Origin: Eledone cirrhosa
Taxonomy: Eukaryota
DNA: 64,000 nucleotides
Direction of reading: 5' to 3'
NCBI GenBank assembly: GCA_964016885.1
Contig: OZ024740.1
Location: 162,750,001-162,814,000 of the forward strand
Shown: positions 28,195 to 43,233 of the stretch, piece after piece
How positions within the stretch are numbered: position 1 is the stretch's first letter
Layout: each line of letters begins with the position of its first letter
The notes under the pieces: model-generated
Told to the model about the DNA's origin: nothing
Databases searched by the model: none
What the model saw: only the letters and a program-made list of their open reading frames with translations
Program-made: the position numbers and the translations under genes

Positions 28195-28880
28195 ATGGAA
28201 AAATTTGAACAGGAACAAAACAGAGAGGCAGTACAACGAATGTTTATTAATTTCACGCTCTGGAGAGTGGGGTGTTGGTGGGGAACGACGTTTCGGGCAT
28301 AAGCCCTTCCTCAGGTGAGAAGTGTGTGGGAACAGAGTTCAAAGGGTGTGTAGGGGAGTGGTGGAGAGACATATAGCGAAAGGAAACGGTGCGAATGAAA
28401 TTAAAAATAAAAATAAAAATAAAGCATGATAAAAATACAAGGAATGAAATAAATTTAAATATAAAAGCATGATCAAAATAAACTGAAATTAAAAGGGGGG
28501 TAAAACAGGTGGTGGAAGGGTGTGGGGTGTGTAGGGGTGGTGGCGTGTGGAGTGGGGAGAGGGAGACGGGGTGTCCGAGCGGGGAGGGCTGAAGGTGGTG
28601 TGTGTGTGTAGGTGTACGTGTGTGTGTGTGTGTGTATGTGAAAGTAAGGGTTTGGGGAAGAACGGGGTTGAATGTTCAGGAAGAGGTGTGTGTGGGGGGG
28701 TTGTAGGTCGGAGTGTCTGTGCGTGTGTGGATAGAGGGGTGGGGGGAGAGGAATCAGGAGGCTGTGGGTGTAAATATGCGGTGGAAAGCACGTGTGTGGG
28801 GTTTAAGCGTGTTGTGGGTGTAGGTGGCGTGTGGAGAAAAAAGTTTTGGGGGGGTGTGTGTGTGTGGGTGAGTTATATAG
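28195..28880 (-). mobile_element. PLE-pLTR-like repeat (second copy ~47781-48595) with minimal HHR at 28284-28317 / 47871-47904
   Basis: CTGA(G/A)GA-A-GGGC(TTAT)GCCC-GAAA-CG-TC, weak stem I, AATAAA downstream, ends at (TA)n. Confidence 0.7.
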
Positions 28881-28909
28881 GTGATGTGAGTTATATATGT
28901 GTGTGTATG

Positions 28910-28982
<73 letters not shown>

Positions 28983-29300
28983 GGTTCAAGAGTAACCAAT
29001 CTTAAAGAGAGAGATGGAGATAGTAGAGGAGATATGAGAGGAGAGATTGGTGAATTAGTTAGAAGCCAAAGCGTAAAGGCATGTGCTCAATGTGCAATAT
29101 GCAGTAGAAAGCAGCTAGGTGGCTGGGTTCATGCAGAAGTTAGGTGCGCAGAGCTGGAAATATTCATTAGTTAAGCAAAACAAGACCACAAATTTCACAA
29201 GGAAGACATTATTAAAAGATTGTCAACATATTTTAGTTTGATGTAAGGAATGTAGAGAATAATAATAATAATAATAATAATATTAATAATAATAATGTCC

Positions 29301-29420
29301 GTTTACAATTGTTTCGCTACTCCATATAATATTTCTGGATCAGATGACTATATATCATAATTGATCTGGTTCAGTTGAAAATAATTAACATATTTAAAAA
29401 ACAGAGTGGCTCATCGGAAC
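29301..29420 (-). ncRNA. Hammerhead with ~95-nt stem II domain, U4C-mutated core, 3' of a Naiad remnant
   Basis: GTT-CCGATGA-GCCACTC...GAGTAGC-GAAA-CAATTG-TA-AAC. Confidence 0.65.
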
Positions 29421-29796
29421 TTCAAAGCAATATAAATTAAAATAATGGGATAATGTTACATAATATAATGTTCCATATATTGGTTTTTACTATGGTGTCT
29501 TGGTTGCATCAGTTGTCAGCCATAATCAAGCAGTATTCATCTGTCGAGGCTGCATTGTGTGAGATCTGCCTATGAGTAACAAGATGGCTGCCAAAGGGCA
29601 TATTTACCTTACTAATTAGAGGGTGGTTTCAGGGGAAGTAACTTCTCAAGAGATTAGAAATTGTGGGTGTTTATAGTTAAGTGCTAATTTTTAAATTTTT
29701 TTAATTGAGAGACAATGTAGTGGAGGTAACTTATAATTATCGAGTTGTTCATAGCAATTTAACTTATTAGCTACAAGTAAAAATGGGGCTACATGA

Positions 29797-30548
29797 CTAA
29801 GTTGGGTCAAAGATTCTATTGGCGAAGGAATTAGCCCTTCAATGTTGACAGCTAATGGTTACCTCCGTTCTATCGTTAATCGGTAGAGGTCGTGATAGAG
29901 TTATGTAATATGCTTCCGTAATACAGAGATCACAAGATTTTCTTCGTCCATTGAACGTTTGGGCCCTAGCCACGATATCCCATTTTAGTGAGTGTTGAAC
30001 GTTGTTTAATTTAAGGTTTTTAATGAGCCTAGCTAGCGATGTCGAACATCTGTTGCTAGGGTCTCGGGAGGAAAAAGAGTACGCGTTATAGCGTACCTTA
30101 AAAGGGTTAGAGGTAGACCCGATATAAGAGCTGATATTCGAAGCAGTCTCAACCGTGCACCTATAGACTATGTTGGGTGTCAGGCAGTGTCCATTTATTG
30201 GGCATGCACTGGGGTAACGGCAGTTGCAGTTACTTCTGCGGTTAGTGAGAGTAGGGTAGTTTAACCTAAGCGGTAGGTCTGTGCTAGAAGGATTAGATGG
30301 GGGAGGTGTGCTACTAGAGTAATTATTGGTGTAGTGGCGTGGTGTATTTGATAGGGGTGGTGGTACCGCGGTGTGGGAGTTATACTGTCTTAGCTTATGA
30401 TGGTTACTGAACGCGATGTGACTAGCTAGGTTAGGTGTTGTGGAGAATGAGATTTTAATGTTATTTTTATTAAAGAGTTTGTAATATCTATGGTTGGGGG
30501 GTGGATAGGATAGAGAAGAAGCGTTTGGGGATATTAGTGGCTAGACTA
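29797..30548 (-). pseudogene. Naiad-type PLE C-terminal region (GIY-YIG), not in the ORF track
   Basis: Manual translation: PPNHRYYKLFNKNNIKISFSTTPN..CNCRYPSACPINGHCLTPNIVYRC..SYIGSTSNPFKVRY..LKWDIV..CDLCITE..INDRTEVTISCQH*R. Confidence 0.9.
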
Positions 30549-30554
30549 GATGAG

Positions 30555-31685
<1,131 letters not shown>

Positions 31686-32699
31686 GTATGTATATATATA
31701 TATATATATATATATACTTAGTCAGAGGAAGAGAGCAGAGACCATAACATTTTTCAGGGTCTCATAAAGATAGAGAGTGAAAGAATGGAAGCGCGAAGGA
31801 GATATAGAGGAAGAATAGAACCCAGTACAAGACTGGTACTTACTTTATAAACCTCGAATGGATGAAAGGCAAAGTTGACCTCGGCGGGATTTGAACTCAA
31901 AACAAATACCGCAAAGCATTTTATCCGACGTTTAAACCTTCACATACGAGTATTCTGCAGTTACCTGATGTATTCTGCTTTACTGTGTACTTTTGGTCAT
32001 TTCTGATGGAGAGGCTTTCATCTTATGCTGTAATTAAGACTCCATCAGCTCCAGATTTGAGTCCATCGCTTCTTACCATTATTTTAGGATGGCATTGTGG
32101 TGATCTTTTTTCAGTTTAGATTTTATGTTTTTCACCATCTTTGCAGCTGTTTCTCGTTACTCCCTTTATATTTTTTATTTTCCTCATAAATATATGTCAA
32201 TTAAGCTTCGGATTTGTACTCGTTACCTTCCTTGAAAACAGAAAACAATTTTTGATTTACTCATACTTAATAGTTATTTGTATTAACTCTCAATTATTCT
32301 TCATTAGATATTTTTAGAATATTTTAGTGGCATAAAACCCCTATCATCTTGTAATCGTAGTAAGTACACTTTTTGTACTTACTACGATTACTGGGGGGTG
32401 TATTCTAAATGAGGTTTTCTTGTTGTTTTTTTCTATCTAGTCCTGCTACTTCGTTTTTTAATATTATTGAGAGCGATTGATTGGTAGTATCGGTAGAGCG
32501 TCGGACAATATGCTTTGTGACATAGAGTTACGGCCCTTTACGTTATGAGTTCAAATATGGCTGAGGTTAGCTTTGCCTTTCATCCTTACGAGGTCGTCGA
32601 TAAAATAAAGCACCAGTAATGCATTGGAGTCCATTTAATCGACTTTCCCCCCCCAAAAAAAATTGCTGGCCTTGTGCCTATAGTAGAAATTATTATTAT

Positions 32700-34190
32700 T
32701 GCGTGACGTTACTGCATTGCCGAGCATGGCTCTGTGCCCCTTGGATATGTGCAGTGTGGTTCTTGATGGTATTGTTTCTATTATATTGAGAGTACTCTTC
32801 GTAATAGTAGTGCTATTTTTTTGTATTCTGTATCTATTTGCCAGTCATGGGGTTTTGGCTGTGTCTTTTTCTGTGTGCATTTAATCATTCGAAGAGCACC
32901 TATTATTATAGGTATTGTTTCTGTTGCAAAATCCACTTTGGGTTATTTCTCTCTCTAGATCTTATATTTGGATAATTTCTCTGTATCCTTGAGAGATATT
33001 TTATCGTCTGTGGGTATTGATACATCAATTAGAATACATTTTTTCTTTGTAGTCTTTCTCTATAATATCCGGTCGCTTGGCTTTGATTTCCCTGTCTGTG
33101 TGTATTGATATATCCAAGAGTATTGTTTCTTTGCCATTCTCTGACATCTTTTCTGGTTTCTGTCTCTACCATCTTTTTACTGTAGGTATTTCATAGTGTT
33201 GTATAACTTCCAGTGTATGTAAATCCCAACGCTATCATGTCTGTGGATATATTCCCTTTTGGCTAAGTCTGAGCAGCCAGAGGCAATGTGGTTAATTGTT
33301 TCTCCACCACCTCCTCATATTCTGTAGTTACTTACTGTGTTCTACTTCATTGTGTGCTTCTGGCGGCTTCTGGTGAGGCGGCTTTGGTCTTGTGCTGTTA
33401 TTAGAAATCTTTCAGCCTCGGCTTTTAGTCCAGTGCTTCACAGCCAATGTTGTGAAGTTTGCTTGTCTACTTCCTCTCTATTCACCCTTTTCAGGTATTG
33501 GCCATATGAGGGCTTTTCTTGCCATCGTTTTAACATGGCATTATAGAGGTATATTTTCAACTTAGATTTTATGTTTTTCCCAATTGCTGTTGTTTCTTTG
33601 TTTTCATTTTCCTCACAATCATATGTTAATCCTGGTTCTGTTTAGAATCTGTTGGCTTCCTTGAAGTCAGAAAGCAATATTTTGTTTATTCATGTTCCGT
33701 GGCTATTTGAATTAGTTTCCTTTTGTTCTTCATTAGATAATTTTGTAGTTTTAAAATAGTTATTTTATAATAGTTTTTTAGTAGCATAAAGCCCCGTTCT
33801 CCTTGTATTCGTGGTAGATATAATCTTTCTAAATCTGATTTTAGATAGTGTATTCTAAATGCAGTAATTATTTTTCTTGTTTTGCTGTCTACTCCTGCTA
33901 GATTATTTTTTTTTTTTTTTTTTTTAGTGTTCAGTTCAGAATATTAAAACTGTTGCATATTACTGGGATCACTAGAGTATTGATGCCAATTACCTTATTC
34001 TTTTCATGTTGTTCTGTTTTAAGTAGTAATCTAATCCATCTATAGTATTCCTTTTTTTATCTTTTGTTTCACCTCTGTGTACTGAACCCTGTCTGATTTG
34101 TTGGTTCTTAAGTATTTGTATGTGAGTTTGGTTTGATTCCCTTATCACAGATTCTTTATCTAGCATGGTATTAATGTTTTTCATTAGTTT
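32700..34190 (-). mobile_element. Degenerate R4/Dong-like non-LTR retrotransposon 3' region (restriction-like endonuclease); related pieces ~31940-32460 and ~45550-46450
   Basis: Minus-strand fragments GQYLKR..TAQDQ..ETINHIASGC..YIHRHD..IHW..RPDII..ILIDVSIP..EKLSKY..IPIIIGAL. Confidence 0.75.
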
Positions 34191-34591
34191 CATGCTTATT
34201 TCTATCTTATTTCATTTGTGAATCCATGTACTGTATGTAGCACTGTTTCGAGATGTCTCTCTTCTGCAGCATACACTTCCCCCTGATACTCTATAAAAGG
34301 TTAGTGAAGTGCATGGGCGATTGTGTCTTATCAAGTCGAGTATCATGGACAATTCCAAACGTCTTTGACATAGCAGTACTTCAGTATGAGGCGGTTATTC
34401 ATGTTAAACTCTAGAGGTTTAGCTGTACTGAGGTTGCTAGCAAAAGAACTAGTCAAAGATACAAGAAGGGGAGGAAACGGTGTGGCACACCATCGTTCGG
34501 TGCCACTGTAAAACTGAGTTGTGAGTTTATGTCAAACAGCTGTTATCATGTTCGGAAGGATCTGACTATCAGCTGAGTCTATCTTATAGAG

Positions 34592-34760
34592 CAGGGTTTC
34601 CCAAACTTTTTCAAACGCGGAACCCTTTCGGTTCAGAAATTTTGGGGGTAAAACCCCAAATTCTTATACTGTTATATGGTCGTAATATAAATAAAATCCT
34701 CTACATTTTTTTCATGGAACCTCAGGCACTCGTTTGCGGAACCCACTTTGGGAACCACTG
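34592..34760. mobile_element. hAT-type MITE
   Basis: TIRs CAGGGTTTCCCAAA / TTTGGGAACCACTG and an 8-bp TSD TTATAGAG on both sides. Confidence 0.88.
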
Positions 34761-35331
34761 TTATAGAGCAATTCTCAACTTTATTGTCTCGTGGCTATGT
34801 TGAAGAAAGTTAAATGATAAATATGACCGAAAGGTTTGAACACAAAGGTTTTCGTCGCAAGACAAGCTCTCATCAACATTTTAGTGCCACTTAAGGTGGA
34901 AGGTGAAGGTAGAGAGAAAAGTGCTGTCCTCCAATAAATTGTTGTGGAAAGTAGGTGAGAATGGCGAAATTGGCGTTTCTAAACACGTCTCTGTCTATAT
35001 CTTTGGTGCGTCAGGATCATTTAAGGTGTGTGTGGGGTGTCCCGAATCAACCTGTGACCCACACCTCCGTTTTGGAATTTCTTCTTGAAGTTAGTCTGTT
35101 GATCTCTGCAGTTCTGTTTATGTTTTATTTTCCTATTTATTAATTTGTTTTTATTGTTATTTTCTACCCCGTTGTTTCTTGCTTGTTTTTCTTTGTATTT
35201 CGTTTTTGTGCTGTCCCCAACATTTTCGACATTCGTGGTTAATGAAACGAAACAGCTACAGCAGCAGCAACAGCAGCAACAGCAGTAGCAACAGCAGCAG
35301 TAGCAGCAGTAGCAGCAGTAGCAGCAGCAGC

Positions 35332-35394
<63 letters not shown>

Positions 35395-36539
35395 TTATTT
35401 ATTTATTTTAAATATTACTGTCAGCGATGAGGAAATAGCTGCAATTTATGCAGGCTGAAATTCTCGGAATTGATAAATTGCTCGGTTGGGGTTTCAAATA
35501 TCCCAAAGGTTTCTCTATGCACGGAATAAACGATTTATTTAACCTAACTATCACGAAACAAAAGATCGGGAGGTTAAATTAATTGAGTAATTTGTGGCGA
35601 GATTTATGTTCTAAAGAGCAAGACTATTAATTAATTTGCACATAATATGGTGTGTTCGGCATTTTAGCTGTCTCCTATAATATACATTAACTTTTTCACC
35701 ATTTACTAAATGTCATGTTTTCATGTCAGTAGTTTGTATATTATCAATTTAGTTACATTGATTGGAGTTCTCTTTTCATATTCTCTAAAACACATGCCCT
35801 TGAATAAATAATATTCTTGATACAAGGATGAACGACACACAATCTTATGTTTTCTGCCATAAAATTGCTGCTTTGTGTTTGTTTATATTTCACGGTGGAT
35901 TGGCAGTATTGGTAGAAGGTTGGGCGCCATGCTTTGAAGCATAGAGTTACCTCCCTTTATGATCTGAGTTCAAATCCCGCCGAGGTTAACTTTGCCTTTC
36001 ATCCTTACGGGGTCGATAAAATAAAGTACCAGTAATGCACTGGAATAATTGTTGGCCTTGTGCCAAAAGTAGAAACAATTAATAAATATCTTGTAATTGA
36101 AATCATGGTGTAAAACAGAACAGTATACATGAAGTAACCGGATTTACGTAAAGAAAAAGACAGTAAGATTTTGAATGAGCTTTCCGTTATGTATTAATTA
36201 ATTAATATCAACTCCAATAAATAAATAAATAAATAAATAAACAAATAGAGATAGTCAGACAGACAGACAGATAGATAGATAGATGGGCGTGCAACCGGGC
36301 AGACTGTCAGACAGACAAATATAAAACACCAAGCAACAGATCATTACCAAAATTCATGAAGGCAGTTAGATTGGCAAAATCGTTAGAGCCTTGCTGTATT
36401 TGTTCCTGTTCATTGCGTTCTTAGTTCAAATGTCACCGAAGTCAACTTCCGAGGTCGATAAAATAAAGTACCAACGAAGTTGATTTTCCCCTACCGCCAA
36501 AATGTTTGGCCCTATAAGTATGTTAAATATATTCTTTTT

Positions 36540-37150
36540 CTTCTTCGCCCGCCAGTCCTGAAACACGGCTTCCAGTGGGTCCTGTTAGAAGCATACACCC
36601 ACCAGTCGTGATACCATTTCAGTGGGTCCCCAATTGATCCCGCTGGATCCTCAAGCTCATGGATAGTATCCAGCCATCTTGCTCAGGGGTCTCCTGGGTT
36701 TTGACCGTAAAATCTGTGCAGCGATTCTTTCCAAGGACATTCTAACTCCATGTCCGTAGTATTGGAACTGTGATCTCTCAGTTTGGAGTAGCGGCCTTAC
36801 TCTGTCGAGGAACCCCATTTCGGCCGCTTGTATTCGCGTTCGTGATGTAAGTGTTGACGCGAATACCGAATTGATAATAGCAACTTTGGCTTTTACACCT
36901 ACCGCCCTTCTTCCAATGACCGAATGTTCACTCGTGAACTTCAAAACTATCAAGTGCATGTCAGAGATCATCTTCTGTCGAGTTAAGTAATATTATGTCG
37001 CCTACAAATGCCAGCCGACTGACCATACACCTATCAGTCATGGTGCCATTTCTAACGCAGCTGCGCTTGTCAATTCTATTCATGAAGATTATGAACAAGT
37101 GAGGTGACAGTATGCAGCCTTGGCGGAATCCGACTCCCATATTGCATGGT
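36540..37150 (-). mobile_element. RTE-clade LINE 3' fragment
   Basis: RIQAAEMGFL..QYYGH.VRM; homologous to 8620-9300. Confidence 0.8.
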
Positions 37151-37526
37151 TAAGCTGAAATCCGACTTCAGATCAGCAAATAAAGTATTCTGGCAGACCA
37201 TCTTGTAATAAGAAGTCTTCCTCCACACAGACGGTCTTATCCACTGGATGCTTTATTTACTGAAGACTTTGTTTTCCGAGTGCTTCATTTACGTATAGGG
37301 CATGCGATGATTGCTTGATTTTGTTCTATATATGTATGTGTGTATATGGTGTACGTATGTGTGGTGTAGGTGTATGTATGTTTGGGTTAATTGTCATTGG
37401 TGAGTAGACTGGTTGGACCACAACAGTCCTGTTTACGTATATGTATACATGCATATATATGTGTATATATATATATATATACACACATATAGATGTATAT
37501 ATATATATACATATATATATATACAC

Positions 37527-37632
<106 letters not shown>

Positions 37633-38169
37633 ATATTTGGGGAGGGTCATATTTGCGTAATATTGCCAGAATTAATAACAGAACACACTCACTGTTTGGT
37701 TGGTTTTCGCTTCTCGCTGTCTTTTATATATATATATATCTGCGATCTAACTTACTCGGTCCTCAATGTTGCCATTGACTGACCGGCGGTCAAAAATAAT
37801 ACAGATACAATATAGACACAAACACATATATATAGTTTACATAATTTACATAAATCTTTCGTTGCACATCTGCAACATCGTCAGTGGTGTTATATTCATT
37901 GTTCCTCCTGTTGTGTTGTATGTCTACGCCATTTTTTTTTTTTTTTTTTTTTGTTCAGTCTGTCTATATATTTATTTATTTATTTGCTTGTTTGTTTATC
38001 TTATTTTATTTTGTCTTCTTTGCGCATGCGTTTGCGTGTGTGTATAGTGTTATGTGTGATGTGTGACTAGTGTGTATAGTGTTGTGTCTGCTGGGTGACT
38101 AGTGTGTGTTTATGTGCTTGTGTATGTATTTATTTATCTTATTTTATTTTATTTAATTTACTTATTTAT

Positions 38170-39095
38170 TTATACTTCTCTTAGGTCAGTGTTGTTTGTT
38201 TGGGTGTTGTTGTTGTTCCACTCATTCTTTCTGTTTAGCTTTGGTCTTCTAATTTCTATTTCACTGGCCTCTCTGATTTGCCTATCTGCTGGGTCATTCC
38301 TATGTTTAGATATTATTCTAATTTCTATGTTGTCTATGTTACCGTCATGTTGTTGTCTAGCATGTTCGTATAGTACTGACCCGTTTTTTCGTCCTTTTAG
38401 TTCCCCCCAGTGTTGGTCTATCCTTTCACCTATGCTACGAGCTGTCTCACCTATGTATGTTGTTGTCGTGTTTCTGCAAGTACCCTCTGTACATCTTATG
38501 CTATAGACTACGTTTCTAGTTTTACAGTTTATCCGGGGGTTCACCTTACATATGATACATTTCCTATTGGTACAGTGGGTTTTCTTAAAAGGGTAGGTTT
38601 TGCTGATCAGGGATTTTATGGTGGTTCCTGGCTTTTCTACCACCTTTATTTTTAAGTGGGTCTTTCTCAGGGCCTTTCTACACTGGTTAGCTAATTTCCC
38701 TCCAGGGGTGGCGTCCACAAACATGACACTCTGATATCTCTGGTTGTCGTACCATGATGTGGCCTTCCCTATCTTATGTCTAGCCCTATCTAAGCTATTC
38801 CATGATTTGCTCCTGTATAGTGGGCAAATTCCTTTCATGTCCAGTTCTATGAGGGTCTTATACTTTTCCATGGCTCCTTCGTATACTCTGACTCTGTCTC
38901 TTTGGTTGTAGCCAGAGAACTGCATGCGGTTGATGAAGTGTTGGATGTGTCCTTCCATTTCTGTTGGGTCGCACATGCTGGACACATTCTTCATCACTCG
39001 TACCAAATCTGCGATCAGAATATTAAACTTAGCACTACTGGACATTGCTGAGTTTTTGAGTATCAGGTATTTGGAGGCCATGGGTTTAGCATATA
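38170..39095 (-). pseudogene. 5'-truncated PLE ORF (RT thumb, Cys-rich linker, GIY-YIG), non-Naiad type, frame intact
   Basis: Y.KPM..SAM..SGY..PLYR..SVMFV.ATPGG.L, C-x4-C-x2-C..NVVY.I.C..YIGETARS.GER..H..RQIREA..LNRKNEW. The first residues of ORF 38170..39114 come from an inverted tail. pLTR HHR at 37849-37886. Confidence 0.9.
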
Positions 39096-39142
39096 ACAAT
39101 ATCTGTTTCGACACACGATTTCATATAAAAAACCTCGCAAAA

Positions 39143-39257
<115 letters not shown>

Positions 39258-39355
39258 ATGTATACATATACGTAAACAGGACTGTTGTGCTCCAACCAGT
39301 CTACTCACCAATGACAATTAACCCAAACATACATACACCTACACCACACATACGT

Positions 39356-39459
<104 letters not shown>

Positions 39460-39610
39460 TCAGGTTATCAATAATGTAGTGAAGCCCTTTATATACTTGT
39501 TTAGCAGTAAATTGAATTACCATCTGTCATATACTATCCCCTCTCTTCTTCCTCTATTACTAATATAAATACTTCAATTTTTCTGATTTTATCCAATTTA
39601 TCCAAAATCT

Positions 39611-39722
39611 CTGAAGAAGTGACAACTGATTATACATTTGCTATCGAATACTTGCTAACATTATATGATTATGCAAGCAGCGATACATAGGTATTCCGTC
39701 TGTTACAGAAACATATGTCAAT
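39611..39722 (+). ncRNA. Candidate hammerhead with ~90-nt stem II domain, stem I degenerate
   Basis: CTGAAGA-A-GTGACA...TGTTAC-A-GAAA-CATATG-TC, then AATAAA and (TA)n. Confidence 0.5.
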
Positions 39723-40198
39723 ACCTAATAAATTCCTTTTTAAAAAAAGCACTTTCATTTTATATTCATCTTTTCTATATATATATATATATATATATAT
39801 AGGCAAGATGTATGGTAGGTCGTATGTGAATCGCGATGATCACGCCTGACCTACCAAATATGCGACGGTAGCTAGTTAAGCTCTATGCGTATAAGCACAG
39901 CAGAAATATTAATGAAAAAGACAAAGGAACTTATATATATATAATAAATAAATACAATATCGGAGAAAGCTTTTTAGCGATACTCCGGCCAAATTCCAAC
40001 TCACTCAACAAACATTAGGAAATAAGTGATTATATTCCCAATTATGTGTTCGGGGTGCTAACTAAAAGTATTGCGTGGAAAATTGGCTGTATTATTTCAA
40101 ATGAGACATATCTAATATATCTCTTCCCAGACGGACGTCTCGTTTCATTATAGGACTCCTACAATTTGGGTGAAATTATACCGGTTTATGTAGGAGCT

Positions 40199-40238
<40 letters not shown>

Positions 40239-41089
40239 AGTAAGAATATTTTCGAAACAGCGAGTGGGTTTGAAATTATTAGAAATGTAAGCTATCGCCG
40301 TATTTTGACGTATTTTGACGTACATGTACGTCAATACGTCATCTTTTTCCATTTCTCTGAGGGTTCTTAACCCCACTATCAGGTTAAATAATTTCTTTAA
40401 TTTCTTTAGTCAAAATACGGCGATAGCATATATATATATATATTTTGAGTATATGTCGGTTGTTTACTTTGTTTTTTTTACTTCTTCATTTTATTGAATC
40501 CTATCTTATTATTTTATTATTTATTTTATCTTATTTTTTTATATTTTATTTCTTCATTTTACCTTATCTTATTCCATTATCTGTTTGGCACCCCACACCA
40601 TGTGAAAGGGTGGTAGGATTGATGCCAACCCACACACACTCATTCTTCTAAAGACAGCAGCAGTAGAACTAAGGCTGACCTGCCAGCTGACCCCCTAACA
40701 CCAATAAACACAAGGGAGGAGGTCAGCTGTACTTAACAAAAACAACCACAATAGATTGTCTTGCCTCAGAAAAAAATTTCTATAGACTTTTGACTGAGGA
40801 ATGTTCTCACAACTGACCAATGGGAGGAGAGAGTGTCCTATGATGCCGAAATTCGTTTGTTCGAATTCATATGGTTCCAGTTCCTCAAAGAAATAACAAC
40901 CTAACCAGGAGCTGGACATATCGGAGTATTGACGGAGTAAAAAACTTTAACAACATGTGTACCCGTCTCTACCACACCAATTCGAACTGCCTGAAGAGGT
41001 CACATCCAATGATGGCTGTCACCGAAATATATATAGCAGTACATCTTTAATAAACGAAGCCAAATCTTAAATATTTGACTTAATTACTT

Positions 41090-41170
<81 letters not shown>

Positions 41171-41173
<3 letters not shown>

Positions 41174-41305
41174 CGAAGGAAATGTGGTAAGGAACCAGAT
41201 GGACCATAACGCACCAAAGTACTCAATACTTAGGGTAGTAGAGTGGGTAATAGGAACGAGTAGGACCCCGACGGCTTGAACTCAGCCGTCGGGGTCCTAC
41301 TCATT

Positions 41306-41310
<5 letters not shown>
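41171..41310. mobile_element. Mini fold-back of the Naiad pLTR tail (second example 49331-49520)
   Basis: Homologous to 1411-1550 and turns back within HHR stem III (41.2 kb) or stem II (49.4 kb). Confidence 0.85.
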
Positions 41311-41384
<74 letters not shown>

Positions 41385-41386
<2 letters not shown>

Positions 41387-42275
41387 TGGTTCACTGCCCT
41401 TAAACACGCTGTGACTTCTCTCTCCCACGTGTAGTTGGACAGTCACTTTTAAAATTCTCCTAGTGTTGTCTGAAATGTATAGCCTTACACACGCTGATGA
41501 ACCGACCTAATAGGAACGAGTTTTGTCAACAAATTACTGGCGAAACATCCCTTTGGATTTGTACGTGTGTTATATAGTTATAGAGGTATTGATTTACGCT
41601 TTAATTTATATTTTTAATTATCGTGTCTATAGTCTGCCTTTCATAGGTTATAAATTCATACACTGGTGGTTTTTTCCCTGTTTTATTGATAGCGCACTGT
41701 ATATCTCTCTCTGGTGTGTTACCTTTTCAACATATTGTATTTTAAAGAGCTCAGGATTTCTTCTCCTTTGAGCACATCATTTACAGGGAATTGCGAGGGC
41801 CTATGGCTCCGTTAATTTATCGTGATATTTCGCTCCTTATAACAGTCTTTCCTATCTCTCTGTTTGGTTGAGCACACTTCTCTGAGTGGTTTTGGGCTGC
41901 CCTTTCTAGCAGCTCGTCCCTCAGAGGCCACTGGTTCACTGCCCTTAAACACGCTGTGACTTCTCTCTCCCACGTGTAGCTGGACAGTCACTTTTAAAAT
42001 TCTCCTAGTGTTGTCTGAAATGTATAGCCTTACACACGCTGATGAACCGAGGTTATTCCATTTCTGTCAACAAATTACTGGTGAAACATCTCTTTGGATT
42101 TGTACGTGTGTTATATAGTTATAGAGGTATTTATTTACGCTTTAATTTATATTTTTAATTATCGTGTCTATAGTCTGCCTTTCATAGGTTATAGATTCCA
42201 TACACTGGTGGGTTTTTCCCTGTTTTATTGATAGCGCACTGTATATCTCTCTCTGGTGTGTTACCTTTTCAACAT

Positions 42276-42280
<5 letters not shown>
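41385..42280 (+). mobile_element. Retrozyme-like tandem (545-bp unit, ~1.65 copies) between (TA)n tracts
   Basis: 41385 and 41930 are in register, with one HHR per unit. Confidence 0.85.
41487..41570 (+). ncRNA. Type I hammerhead (partner 42032-42111)
   Basis: ACACACG-CTGATGA-ACCG...TGG(C/T)-GAAA-CA-TCC(CTTT)GGA-TT-TG-TA-CGTGTGT, 7-bp stem I. Confidence 0.8.
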
Positions 42281-42357
<77 letters not shown>

Positions 42358-42694
42358 GAGGTTTTTTTACAAAATGAAAAATAACCGAGGTGTCCTACAC
42401 GAGTGAAAGTATAAAGAAAAAAAAGATGAAATCGAAAATGCGACTGGAGTCTTATTTTAAAAAACCAAAGACCCTCCATCTCAACTCTACTTTTGAAAAG
42501 CAGAAGAACTGTGAAACCGGTAAAGGAACCAAATAAATATATATATATTTTTTTAAAAAAGACTCCAGTTGCATTTTCGATTTCATCTTTTATATATATA
42601 TATATATATATGCTGTAGTCGAAGGAATACGATCAAGCCAACCCAAAGTCAGTAGAGGCGTTCCACAAGGCTCTGTGTGTATTTCACGTATATG

Positions 42695-42734
<40 letters not shown>

Positions 42735-42978
42735 CGATTTCACAGAACTTATGTTCACCGATTTCAGGGACTTGACTCCTTCTTCCTCCCGTTTGACCTG
42801 TGCGAAATTCTTTCCTTGCTTACATTTTGACCAGGTTTGATGGTCTTTATTCTCTCTCGTCCACGATTTCACAGAACTTATGTTCATCGATTTCAGGGAC
42901 TTGACTCCTTCTTCCTCACTTTTCGTTGCATTACCATCTTTGATTGTCTACAATCTCGCTCGTTCCCCTTATTTACGT

Positions 42979-43080
42979 GTCCCAACGACTTTCTTTAGCC
43001 GTTGCTCGCACCAACCGGAGGTATATGGTCTTTAAAGCGATGAAATACCTATGAAGGTTGGCAGATCACCGATGAAGGAC
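42979..43080 (+). ncRNA. Non-circularly permuted hammerhead-like motif, copy 3 (U4C core)
   Basis: AGGTA-TA-TGGTCT ... GAAA-TACCT ... AGATCA-CCGATGA. Confidence 0.65.
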
Positions 43081-43132
43081 TAAATTTATTCATATATATA
43101 TATATATAATATACATATATATGAAATACACA

Positions 43133-43233
<101 letters not shown>

